Shown here in pieces: positions 28,786 to 38,467 of a stretch of 51,835 bases of DNA. Each line of letters opens with the position of its first letter. Position 1 is the first letter of the stretch. The stretch is from positions 1-51,835 of the forward strand of contig CAJUJZ010000001.1 in the NCBI GenBank assembly GCA_910586745.1, written 5' to 3'. A program made the position numbers and the translations under genes. Below the pieces are notes generated by a model that was not told the origin of the DNA, made no database searches, and worked only from the letters and a program-made list of their open reading frames with translations. Origin of the DNA: an uncultured Mucispirillum sp. Its GTDB lineage: Bacteria; Chrysiogenota; Deferribacteres; Deferribacterales; Mucispirillaceae.

Positions 28786-30229
28786 TAAGAATATTTTAAT
28801 AGTTGATGATGATGACAATATGCGGGAAGCAATGAAAGAAACTGTATTAAGGCTTGGAGTAGGCGTTGATACAGCTGAGAATGGTCGCATTGGTTTTGAA
28901 AAAGCAACAAAAAAAGTATATGATTTAATCATAAGTGATATGCGTATGCCTGAAATTGACGGGCTTTCTATGTTTGAAATGTTAAAGGCAACAGGTATAA
29001 AAACACCAGTATGCTTTGTAACAGCTTATGGCTCAGTAACTGGTGCAGTAGAAGCTTTAAAAATAGGTGCTTATGACTATATATTAAAGCCATTCTCACC
29101 AGAAGTTATAGAAGAATTAATCAGAAGAACATTTGAACTGGCAGGAAGCACAAGCAGTGCATCAGGAAATGTGCCTTCAGAAGAAAATGCACAAAAAAGT
29201 ACTGTATACAAAAGTGCTTATATGGAGCATATTTTTTCTTTGGCAAAAGATGTGGCAGAAAGCGAAGCAACAGTTTTAATTACTGGGGAATCTGGAACAG
29301 GTAAAGAAGTGCTTGCAAGGTTTATTCATGAAAATTCTGGTCATGCGAAAGGTCCATTTGTAGCAGTAAACTGTGCAGCAATACCAGAAAACTTAATAGA
29401 AAGTGAGCTTTTTGGTTATGAAAAAGGTGCATTTACTGGTGCAGTTAATAAAAAAATAGGTAAATTTGAAGCAGCTGACGGTGGAACAATTTTACTTGAT
29501 GAAATAGGTGAAATTCCTATACATTTACAGGCAAAACTTTTAAGGGTGCTGCAGGAAAGAGAAGTGGAAAGGCTTGGTGCATTAAAGCCTTCCAAAATAA
29601 ATACAAGAGTGCTTGCTACTACTAATAGAAACTTAAAAGCAATGAGTGAAGAAGGCTCGTTCAGAGAAGATTTATATTACAGGCTTAATGTTATCAGTAT
29701 GGAACTTCCGCCTTTAAGGGATAGGAAAGAAGATGTGGCAGATTTGTCATCATTTTTTATAAAAAAATATTCAGAAATAAATAAAAAACCAGTTAAGCCA
29801 CTTTCAGATGATGCATTAAAAACACTGCAAAATTATGAATGGCCTGGTAATGTTAGGGAGCTTGAACATACTATTGAAAGAGCTGTTGTTCTTTCAAAAA
29901 CTGCTGAAATTACATCAAAAGATTTATTTCTGCATGGTATAACTATTGCAGACTTTAAATCAAGCCCTAAAGAAGAAATAAAAGATATAGTAAAAGAATA
30001 CAGGGAAGAAAAAGAAGTAAAAAATAATGCAGAAGAAAGCAAGGTTGATAATGCAGTAGGCAGAACAATTGCAGATATGGAGCAGGAGTTAATACTTAAA
30101 ACTCTGCAGGATGTAGCAGGCAACAGAACAAAAGCTGCTGAAATATTAGGCATAACTGTAAGAACTTTAAGAAATAAATTAAATGAATACAGAGATGCAG
30201 GCATTGATGTGGAAGAATATTTAAAATAA
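28778..30229 (+). CDS. Sigma54-dependent response regulator (FleR/FlrC/FlgR-like)
   Basis: Receiver domain, GESGTGKE, GAFTGA, GNRTKAAEILGITVRTLRNKL; start at ATG 28778. Confidence 0.88.
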   Translation: MIDKNILIVDDDDNMREAMKETVLRLGVGVDTAENGRIGFEKATKKVYDLIISDMRMPEIDGLSMFEMLKATGIKTPVCFVTAYGSVTGAVEALKIGAYDYILKPFSPEVIEELIRRTFELAGSTSSASGNVPSEENAQKSTVYKSAYMEHIFSLAKDVAESEATVLITGESGTGKEVLARFIHENSGHAKGPFVAVNCAAIPENLIESELFGYEKGAFTGAVNKKIGKFEAADGGTILLDEIGEIPIHLQAKLLRVLQEREVERLGALKPSKINTRVLATTNRNLKAMSEEGSFREDLYYRLNVISMELPPLRDRKEDVADLSSFFIKKYSEINKKPVKPLSDDALKTLQNYEWPGNVRELEHTIERAVVLSKTAEITSKDLFLHGITIADFKSSPKEEIKDIVKEYREEKEVKNNAEESKVDNAVGRTIADMEQELILKTLQDVAGNRTKAAEILGITVRTLRNKLNEYRDAGIDVEEYLK

Positions 30230-30259
30230 TAATCATATACATATATAAGGAGTATATTT

Positions 30260-31915
30260 TTGAAAGAAAAACTTACATTAATCATTGATAAAATCGTAAA
30301 AGATATGCTTAATAAGGCAGGAATTGCAGAAGAAGTATCTTTTACACTTGTTATACCAGAAAAAGAAGAACATGGTGATTTTGCATGTAATGCGTCTATG
30401 CAGCTTGTGCGTTATTTAAAGAAAAACCCTAAAATGATAGCAGAAGAAATATGCACAGCATTAGTTGAAAAAATGAATGGTCAGGTAACTGTAGATATTG
30501 CTGGCCCTGGATTTATAAATATAAAAACAACAAAAAGCTTTTTTGCTGAAACTGTGATGAATATTATTAATGATAAAAAATATTTTCATAACAATACAGG
30601 TAAAGGCAAAAAAGCAATGGTAGAGTTCGTCAGTGCAAACCCAACAGGACCTTTGCATATAGGTCATGGAAGAGGGGCTGCTTATGGTGATTCTGTTGCA
30701 AGAGTGCTTTCTATGTCTGGATATGATGTTACAAGAGAATATTATGTTAATGATGCAGGCAACCAGATGAATAATCTGGCATTAAGTGTATATTCCAGAT
30801 ATGCAGAGCTGCTAGGCAGAGCAGAAGAAGCACCATTTCCAGAAACAGGCTATCATGGAGATTATATAAAAAATATATCAGCAGAGCTTTTAAGAGAAAG
30901 AAAAGACATATTAGATATTGATAAAAAAGAAGCATTAGAAATATGCCTTGATATAGCTGTGAAAACTATTCAGGAAGATATAGATGATGATTTAAAAAAA
31001 TTTAGAGTAGAATTTCATAATTACTTCAGCGAAAAAAGCCTTTATAAACAAGGCTTAATAGATAAAGCACTTGAAAAATTAAGCAAGTCTGGCAAAACTT
31101 TTGAGCTGGATGGAGCATTATGGCTTAATACTTCAAGCATGGGCGATGATAAAGACAGAGTATTGAGAAAATCTACAGGTGAATTTACTTATTTTACACC
31201 AGATATTGCATACCACCATAGTAAATATGACAGAGGATATGAATATTTAGTAGATATATGGGGAGCAGACCACCACGGTTACATTAAACGAATGCAGTGC
31301 GCTTTAGAGTGCTTAAACCATAATTTATCTACATTTAAAGTATCATTAATTCAGATGGTTAATTTAATACAGAATGGCGAAAAAATCAGTATGTCTACTA
31401 GAAGCGGCGAATTTATTCCGCTTTCATGGCTTATAGATGAAGTAGGTATTGATGCAGCAAGGTTTTTCTATAATATGAGAAGCCATGATGCACAGTTTGA
31501 TTTTGATATAGATTTAGCAAAATCAAAATCAAATGACAACCCTGTATATTACATTCAATATGCACATGCAAGGGTACACAGCTTAATTGCAAATGCTGAA
31601 GATAAAGGCATAAAATATGAAAGAGGCAAAGGCTTGGAAAAAGCTCTTGGCACTGAAGAAATACAGCTTATAAAAAATATGATAAGGTTAAAATATGTTA
31701 TTGAACTTGCAGCAATCCATTTAGAGCCTCATAGAGTTGCTTATCATTTACAGGAACTTGCTGCTGCATTCCATTCATATTATTACAGTAATAAAATATT
31801 AAACCCTGAAGATAAAGAGCTTACAACAGGCAGGCTTTCTTTATGCGAAGCTGTTGCTGTAACTATTAAGACAGGGCTTGAAATATTAGGTGTTTCTGCA
31901 CCTGAAAAAATGTAG
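30260..31915 (+). CDS. argS: Arginine-tRNA ligase
   Basis: EFVSANPTGPLHIGH, WGADHHGY, NPVYYIQYAHAR, APEKM. Confidence 0.97.
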   Translation: MKEKLTLIIDKIVKDMLNKAGIAEEVSFTLVIPEKEEHGDFACNASMQLVRYLKKNPKMIAEEICTALVEKMNGQVTVDIAGPGFINIKTTKSFFAETVMNIINDKKYFHNNTGKGKKAMVEFVSANPTGPLHIGHGRGAAYGDSVARVLSMSGYDVTREYYVNDAGNQMNNLALSVYSRYAELLGRAEEAPFPETGYHGDYIKNISAELLRERKDILDIDKKEALEICLDIAVKTIQEDIDDDLKKFRVEFHNYFSEKSLYKQGLIDKALEKLSKSGKTFELDGALWLNTSSMGDDKDRVLRKSTGEFTYFTPDIAYHHSKYDRGYEYLVDIWGADHHGYIKRMQCALECLNHNLSTFKVSLIQMVNLIQNGEKISMSTRSGEFIPLSWLIDEVGIDAARFFYNMRSHDAQFDFDIDLAKSKSNDNPVYYIQYAHARVHSLIANAEDKGIKYERGKGLEKALGTEEIQLIKNMIRLKYVIELAAIHLEPHRVAYHLQELAAAFHSYYYSNKILNPEDKELTTGRLSLCEAVAVTIKTGLEILGVSAPEKM

Positions 31916-31922
31916 GTGTATT

Positions 31923-32699
31923 ATGGCAGAAGATAATAAAAATTCGTTCAGGGATATGCTTTTAATCATATTTGTAGTACTTATATGTTTTGGTATTACA
32001 ATATACGGTATAGCATATTTAACAGGTAAAGTATTTTCCAGCAGTCCAGAGCCGAAAATTGCAGAAAATGAAAGACCAAAAGAAGTAACAACTAACCCAC
32101 AAGAAGGTGACACATTAACTTTTACATCAATGGGGGAAACAGCTGATGAAGTTATGCCTGATGAAGATAATATCCGCACAACAGTTACACCACCAAAGCA
32201 GAATAATGAGGAAATGGCAGCATTAGAAAGTATTACACCAATTCCTGCACCAGTAGTGGAAGAAAAACCAGTGCAGACAGTTTCTGATTCGGTAAAACAG
32301 CAGAGTAATAAAGAACCTGCAAAACCAAAAGAAGAAGTGAAGAAAAACTCCCCTGTAAAAAAAGCAGAGCAGGCACAGCCAAAACAGGAAGTTAAACCAA
32401 AACCTGCACCTAAAAAAGAAGAAACTAAAAAAGAAACTGTAAGAACAGCACCACCTGCACAGACTGGGGCTTTTGTAGTACAGCTTCTTGCTGTGCAGTC
32501 AAGAGATGCTGCAGAAAAAGAGGCAGCAAAATATAGAAGTAAATATCCAGATGTATTTATAAAGCAGGTAAGTATAGACGGTAAAACATGGTACAGAGTG
32601 CGTCTTGGAGTAAGTGCTACAAAAGAACAGGCACAGCAGAAAGCAAATAAAGTAGCATCTGAATTTAAAATAAAACCTATTGTTACTAAAAATAACTAA
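31923..32699 (+). CDS. SPOR-domain membrane protein (FtsN-like)
   Basis: N-terminal TM helix, P/K/E-rich linker, FVVQL...WYRVRLG; directly follows argS. Confidence 0.85.
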   Translation: MAEDNKNSFRDMLLIIFVVLICFGITIYGIAYLTGKVFSSSPEPKIAENERPKEVTTNPQEGDTLTFTSMGETADEVMPDEDNIRTTVTPPKQNNEEMAALESITPIPAPVVEEKPVQTVSDSVKQQSNKEPAKPKEEVKKNSPVKKAEQAQPKQEVKPKPAPKKEETKKETVRTAPPAQTGAFVVQLLAVQSRDAAEKEAAKYRSKYPDVFIKQVSIDGKTWYRVRLGVSATKEQAQQKANKVASEFKIKPIVTKNN

Positions 32700-32702
32700 T
32701 AT

Positions 32703-33863
32703 ATGAAGAAGTTATCAGTATTAATATTTGTTTTTGTATTTTACAGTGCAGTTTACGGTGAAACTGTAATTTCCAGTGAAGATATATATTTAATCAATGG
32801 AGCACAGGTATTTGTTCTTGATGAAAAGTATAAGGGCAATCTTGACTTATTTTTTAAGGAAGTAAAATCAAAAGGTATTAATACTGTTTTTTTCAGAGTT
32901 TTTCATAACAGTAAAGACAGAAGCCATTTAAATATGCCTGTAACTTGCGAAAGCGGTGTATATTTTGAAACAAAGTATGCCTGCTCTATCAATACTCTGT
33001 TAAAAGATATGGTAAATTATGCCCATAAAAATAATATTAAACTTTATGCATGGATGGCAACCCGTTCACTTTCTTTTTTAAAAACAGCAGACAATATGAG
33101 TATGAGTTTAAGTGCAGAAGGCAGTGATGTAACAGGCTATGGAGCAAATATATTTAAAAAAGAAGTGCGTGATACTTTACTTAACCTTTTTGAAGATTTA
33201 GCAAAGTATGATATTGACGGTATACTTTTTCAGGATGATTTTATCATCAAATATACAGAAGGCAGTGATAAATATGCGGCTGCACTTTTTAAGGAAGAAA
33301 CGGGTATAGAAGTAAAAAAAGAAAACTTTTTTAAAAGCATAAAAGAATATAATGGCAGAAAAGTTTTTTCTGAATATAAAGATGAGTTTTATGTATGGGC
33401 AGAATGGAAAAGCAGCCAGCTTGCCTTATTATTTAAGGAATTAAAAGAGCGGGCAAAAACAGTAAACCCTATAATAAAGTTTGCCGCAAATATATATTAT
33501 GAAACACCAGTTGATGAGGCGGCAGCACTTGCATGGTATTCTCAAAAATTATCCACACTAAAATCTGCAGGGGCAGATTATTTTGCAGTTATGGGTTATT
33601 TTGAGCAAATAAGCAGTGAGCAGAAACTAGCAAGGGCAGAAACAGCATCACTTATTGGCAGTATTGCAGAAAATGCAGTAAAAGCAATGGGTAATGAAAA
33701 AGCAGTTATTGTGAAACTGCAATCCAGATCATTTTTAGGCAAAGGAATGCTTTCTTATGATGATTATAAGCTTGTATGCAGGCAGGTAAAACTTGCAGGC
33801 AATGTCAGTTATGCTGTAGTACCAGTGTTTTCTTCTGATGATATTTATGTGTGTCCAAAGTAG
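32703..33863 (+). CDS. Exported glycoside hydrolase-like TIM barrel (PgaB C-terminal/GHL13-like)
   Basis: Signal peptide; GINTVF.RVF, LYAWM, IDGILFQDD, DYFAVMGY. Confidence 0.7.
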   Translation: MKKLSVLIFVFVFYSAVYGETVISSEDIYLINGAQVFVLDEKYKGNLDLFFKEVKSKGINTVFFRVFHNSKDRSHLNMPVTCESGVYFETKYACSINTLLKDMVNYAHKNNIKLYAWMATRSLSFLKTADNMSMSLSAEGSDVTGYGANIFKKEVRDTLLNLFEDLAKYDIDGILFQDDFIIKYTEGSDKYAAALFKEETGIEVKKENFFKSIKEYNGRKVFSEYKDEFYVWAEWKSSQLALLFKELKERAKTVNPIIKFAANIYYETPVDEAAALAWYSQKLSTLKSAGADYFAVMGYFEQISSEQKLARAETASLIGSIAENAVKAMGNEKAVIVKLQSRSFLGKGMLSYDDYKLVCRQVKLAGNVSYAVVPVFSSDDIYVCPK

Positions 33864-34051
33864 ATAATATAAGATAAATTTTGTCTTTGTTGAAGAAAAT
33901 GTGATGAAAGATTTTTATGAATTAATATTATTTATAAGTATGTTATATATATTGTAATAAAATAAAACACTTTTTTATAAAATATTTCTTGCAAAATTCT
34001 AAAAAAAGTTTATTCAATAATAATAACAATAATATAAAAAAGGAGCAATCT

Positions 34052-35419
34052 ATGAAAGTAGGAGTAATAGGTGGAGGTATTTCTGGCGTATCTCTTGCAT
34101 TAAAACTTAGTTTATTAAAAGAGCAGGGAAAAGATATAGATATTACACTTCTGGAAGCATCAAATAGATTAGGCGGCACAATAGATTCTGTTCATAAAGA
34201 AGGTTATGTGATAGAATCTGGTACAAATGGTTTTTTAGACAGTAAACCATTTACATTAGAAGTATTTGAAGAAGCTGGTTTAAAAAATAAACTTGTAAGA
34301 AGCAACGATAATGCAAGAATCAGATATATTCAAAGATATGGTGCATTACAAAGACTTCCTGAAGGAGCTGGAGCATTCCTTACATCAAAACTTTTAAGTT
34401 TTGGCGGAAAAATGCGTTTAGCAAAAGAGTTCTTTGTTCCACAGAAAAAAGATGACAGTGATGAAACACTGGCACATTTTGCAGAAAGAAGGCTTGGCAG
34501 AGAAGCACTTGATTATTTAATAGGGCCTATGGTATCAGGCGTCTTTGCAGGCAACCCAGAAAAAATGAGCTTACAGTCTTGTTTTCCTGTAATATATGAC
34601 TTAGAAAAAACATATGGTGGCTTAATAAAAGGTATGTTTAAAAAACCTAAAAAGAAAAGCGGACCTGCAGGTCCCGGCGGAGCATTAACAAGTTATGAGG
34701 GCGGTATGGGAGAATCTGTTAAAGATTTGGCTCGTGTTGCAGAAAGCAAAGGTGTAAAAATATATTTAGAAAACCCTGCAGAAAAAGTTGTAAAAAAAGA
34801 TGGCAAATATATTGTAACAAGCAGCAATAAAGAATATGAGTTTGATGTGCTTGCTGTATGTGCTCCAGCTTATGCAGGCGGTAAATTCTTAAAAGAATTA
34901 GACAGCGAACTTGCAGATATTTTATCAAGCATACCTTATGCACCAATGTTTGTTGCAGGCTTAGGCTTTAACAGTGAAGATATAGAAGATGATATTCATG
35001 GCTTTGGTTACCTTATACCTAAAAAAGAAAATATGCGTATATTAGGTGCATTATTTACATCAAGTATGTTTCCTATACAGGCACCACAGGGTAAAAAATT
35101 CCTTAGAATTATGGCAGGCGGCGATACTAATCATGAGCTTATGCAAAAAAGCGAAGAAGAACTGCTTAAAATATGTTTAGAAGATGTAACTAAAGTTTTA
35201 GGTGTTAAAAAAGACCCATATATGATACAGACATTTAAAGTAATGAGAGCAATACCGCAATATCACACAGGTCATCGTGAGAAAGTTGCAAAAATAGAAG
35301 AAGTTACTTCAAAATTAGGCAATATTTATATCGGTGGTAATGTACTTTATGGTATAGGTTTAAATGACTGTACAAAAACAAGTAAACTTATAGCTGATAA
35401 AATAGCGGAGCGGTTATAA
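34052..35419 (+). CDS. hemY: Protoporphyrinogen/coproporphyrinogen oxidase, HemY type
   Basis: VIGGGISG, LEAS.RLGG, GFGYLIP, AIPQY, GIGLNDC; start at ATG 34052 after AAGGAG. Confidence 0.92.
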   Translation: MKVGVIGGGISGVSLALKLSLLKEQGKDIDITLLEASNRLGGTIDSVHKEGYVIESGTNGFLDSKPFTLEVFEEAGLKNKLVRSNDNARIRYIQRYGALQRLPEGAGAFLTSKLLSFGGKMRLAKEFFVPQKKDDSDETLAHFAERRLGREALDYLIGPMVSGVFAGNPEKMSLQSCFPVIYDLEKTYGGLIKGMFKKPKKKSGPAGPGGALTSYEGGMGESVKDLARVAESKGVKIYLENPAEKVVKKDGKYIVTSSNKEYEFDVLAVCAPAYAGGKFLKELDSELADILSSIPYAPMFVAGLGFNSEDIEDDIHGFGYLIPKKENMRILGALFTSSMFPIQAPQGKKFLRIMAGGDTNHELMQKSEEELLKICLEDVTKVLGVKKDPYMIQTFKVMRAIPQYHTGHREKVAKIEEVTSKLGNIYIGGNVLYGIGLNDCTKTSKLIADKIAERL

Positions 35420-35471
35420 ATTTGTGTGTATATCAATATGTATTTAATATTAAGTAATGCGGGCAGTTTGC

Positions 35472-36961
35472 ATGGGTAAATTATTAAATATAGATGCAGC
35501 TATTATTGTGTTCTTTATGCTTATTTTTATTCCGCCTGTTGTTTCTGGTTTCGTATTAAGCAAATATGTTTCAGGCAGAATAGTAGAAGAAAAGACAAAT
35601 AAGCTTTATGGTATAGCCAATACTCTTGATAAGTTATTAATTTCTGACTATAATACAATACTTGAAAAATATAATATGCAGAACGCTTCCAAAGAAGATA
35701 AAATTAAAGTATTATCAAAAGAGTTGTCCCCTGTATCTGATACTGTTGTATCAGGATTTAAAGATACAGGTATAGGTTATTACAGCAGGGAACTTGATGC
35801 AATAATAACATATTCTCCATCTGAAAAAATGAACTGGACCGTAGGTATGCCTATAAGTAAAAACCACAATGGGCGGGAAGCTATGGCAACTAAACAGTGG
35901 ATTTCATACGGGGGGGGGAATTAATATGGGGCAATGGAATTGCCGTCTTTTTTCCTATTATAAGAAATAATGAATCTATTGGCTATATATGGGCTGTGGA
36001 ACTTGATGAGAATATAAATAAAGAATTATTTCCAATGTATGTAAATATTGCATTAGCTGTATCTATTCTCATAGGTATAGGTATTGCAGTTTTCAGTATA
36101 TTCTTATCTAAATATAACGATAAAAAATATATAAGAAGTCTAAATGATTATATTAAATGTATATCTTTAGATAACAGTATCCGACTGCCTGCAATGCAGG
36201 GAATATATGGTGAAATAAATAATACAATAAATTTACTTTCCAACCAGTTTATAGAGCAGAAAGAAATAGAAACAAGAATGTTAAAAGCAGAAAATATGCT
36301 TGTAGGCAGTTTCATTACTTTAAGCATAGCTCATGAAATAAAAAATCCTCTTATGTCTATAAAAGGTTTTTCAGACCTTATAAAAGAAAGCAGCAGTGAT
36401 AATTCTATTATAAAATACACGAAAATCATTTCTGATGAAACTGAGCGAATTAATAAATTAATAGGAAACCTGCTTTCTGTATCCAAGAAAAATGATGTAA
36501 TAAATGAAAAACACTGTATAAATAATTTAATTAATGAATCAGTTTCATTACTTCTACCAAATTTTCACAGGCATAATGTAAGTTATACTATTAAAAGTAA
36601 TCAAGATTATTATATAATATGTGACAGTAATAGATTTAAGCAGATTATATTAAATATGCTTCTTAATTCATTATCAGCATTTGACGGCAGGGATAACAAT
36701 AAAATAGAAATAATATTATCAGATACAGCAGAAAGCGGAATGCTTGCTGTGAGTATTAAAGATAACGGCTGCGGAATACCTGATTATATAATGCAGGATA
36801 TCTTTCAGCCTTTTTGGACAACAAAATCAAACAGCACAGGTCTTGGGCTTTTTATAGTAAAAAGTTTTATAAATTCTATGGGCTGGCAGCTGCAGGTATC
36901 TTCATTAAAAGATTTATGGACATGTTTTACAATAACCATGCCACATATAAAGGAAGACTAA
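35472..36961 (+). CDS. atoS: AtoS-like sensor kinase split by a G9 frameshift (OFF phase or pseudogene)
   Basis: ORF 35457-35924 (GYYSRELDAIITYSPS, GREAM) and ORF 35897-36961 (PIIRNNESIGYIWAVEL, IAHEIKNPL, GLGL) join at G9 35910-35918. Confidence 0.85.
35910..35918 (+). repeat. G9 homopolymer at atoS frameshift
   Basis: TAC-GGGGGGGGG-AATTAA; G7 or G10 restores the frame. Confidence 0.9.
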
Positions 36962-38320
36962 ATGCCATATAAAGTATTAATAGCAGATGATGAGAAAAAT
37001 ATTGTAGATTTACTGCAGGAGATAGCTTTGCAGCTTGGGCTTGAAGTAGTAACTGCATTTGATGGCAGGCAGGCTTTAAATGTATTTGAAGAACATAAAC
37101 CTGATTTTGTGTTGATGGATATTTCAATGCCTGTTATGGGTGGTATGCAGGCTATGGAGCTTATGAAGCAAATAAATGCAGACTGTCCTGTTATTTTAAT
37201 TACAGCATTTGGCACAGTTGATATTGCGATAGAAGCCATACAAAATGGTGCTTTTGAGTATATAGTAAAGCCATCATCACTAAGTGAGATACGAGAAGTA
37301 ATAGACAAAGTTACATCATATCTTACAATTATAAGAGAGCAGGTCCTTCCTCCGCAAAATACAAAAAAACTGGTAGGAGTAAGTGCTTCCATGCAGAATA
37401 TTTTTAAAACTGCTGCAAAAATTGCTAAAACAGATGCAACAGTATTAATAACAGGTGAAAGCGGTAATGGCAAACAGATTATAGCTGAAACCATACATAA
37501 TTTAAGCAGCAGACAAGGTAAGTTTGTTCAAATCAACTGTGGTAGTATTCCAGAAAATTTGATGGAAAGTGAATTATTTGGTTTTAATAAGGGTGCTTTT
37601 TCTGGTGCTGTTACTTCTAAAAAAGGCAGGTTTGAGCTTTCTCACAAAGGAAGTTTATTTTTAGATGAAATAGGTGAGCTGCCTAAAAGTATGCAGAGTA
37701 AACTTTTACATGCTATTCAAGAACGAGTTATCACTCCAATAGGAGCACCTGACAGTATCCCACTTGATTTGAGAATTATAGCTGCAACAAATAGAAACCT
37801 TGATGATATGGTAAATAAAGGATTATTCCGTTTAGACCTTTATCACCGTTTGAAAGTAATACATATACATGTGCCGCCTTTAAGAGAACGAAAAGATGAT
37901 ATAGAGCCGCTTATAAATCATTTTATATCTATGCTTGCAAAAAAATACAATAAACCTGTCCATACTATTGATAAACAGGTTTTACAGTGGTGTAAAAATT
38001 ATTCATGGCCTGGTAATATTAGAGAGCTTAAAAACTTAATAGAAAGAATGATACTGCTGGATAATAGCATTACTTGTGAGAATATTTTTGCACAGCATAT
38101 GCATAATAGTTCACAGGCTGATGGAGTTTATTCGCTTAATACACTTATAGAACAGCTTTTAAAGGAAAAAGACTTTACATCAATTATAAAATATTTTGAG
38201 AAAAGTGTTATAGAATATACACTTTTAAAATATGGCGGCAATAGAAGCCAATGTTCTAAACATCTAGGTATATCAAGAAGAAGTCTGCTTTATAAAATCA
38301 AAGAATATAATATAGAATAA
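36962..38320 (+). CDS. atoC: AtoC-like sigma54-dependent response regulator
   Basis: Receiver domain (LMDISMP), AAA+ (GESGNGKQ, GAFSGA), Fis-type HTH; context. Confidence 0.8.
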   Translation: MPYKVLIADDEKNIVDLLQEIALQLGLEVVTAFDGRQALNVFEEHKPDFVLMDISMPVMGGMQAMELMKQINADCPVILITAFGTVDIAIEAIQNGAFEYIVKPSSLSEIREVIDKVTSYLTIIREQVLPPQNTKKLVGVSASMQNIFKTAAKIAKTDATVLITGESGNGKQIIAETIHNLSSRQGKFVQINCGSIPENLMESELFGFNKGAFSGAVTSKKGRFELSHKGSLFLDEIGELPKSMQSKLLHAIQERVITPIGAPDSIPLDLRIIAATNRNLDDMVNKGLFRLDLYHRLKVIHIHVPPLRERKDDIEPLINHFISMLAKKYNKPVHTIDKQVLQWCKNYSWPGNIRELKNLIERMILLDNSITCENIFAQHMHNSSQADGVYSLNTLIEQLLKEKDFTSIIKYFEKSVIEYTLLKYGGNRSQCSKHLGISRRSLLYKIKEYNIE

Positions 38321-38332
38321 ACTATATCAAAA

Positions 38333-38350
38333 TGTGCATTTATTTGCACA
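38333..38350. promoter_or_regulatory. Candidate AtoC enhancer site
   Basis: TGTGCA-TTTATT-TGCACA palindrome about 60 bp upstream of the -24 box. Confidence 0.6.
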
Positions 38351-38383
38351 ATCTATTATCTTATTTTATAAAAATATCTTTAT

Positions 38384-38396
38384 TATCAAATATTTA
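38384..38396 (+). promoter_or_regulatory. Candidate IHF site
   Basis: TATCAA-ATAT-TTA fits WATCAANNNNTTR and lies between the enhancer and the sigma54 promoter. Confidence 0.5.
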
Positions 38397-38410
38397 TATT
38401 AGTAAATAAG

Positions 38411-38426
38411 TGGCACTGCTCTTGCT
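38411..38426 (+). promoter_or_regulatory. Sigma54 -24/-12 promoter of ato operon
   Basis: TGGCAC-TGCTC-TTGCT. Confidence 0.85.
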
Positions 38427-38467
38427 CTTTTAATAAGTATATTATTTTAATAACAGGAGAGGCTGAT

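Noticed and set aside
33989..34051. Poly-Asn N-terminal extension of HemY from AAT repeats
   Set aside because: The true start is ATG 34052 after AAGGAG; the AAT run is AT-rich intergenic DNA
35897..36961. Independent 354-aa kinase starting at GTG 35897
   Set aside because: No RBS, and it starts mid-sensor domain; better explained as the 3' part of frameshifted atoS
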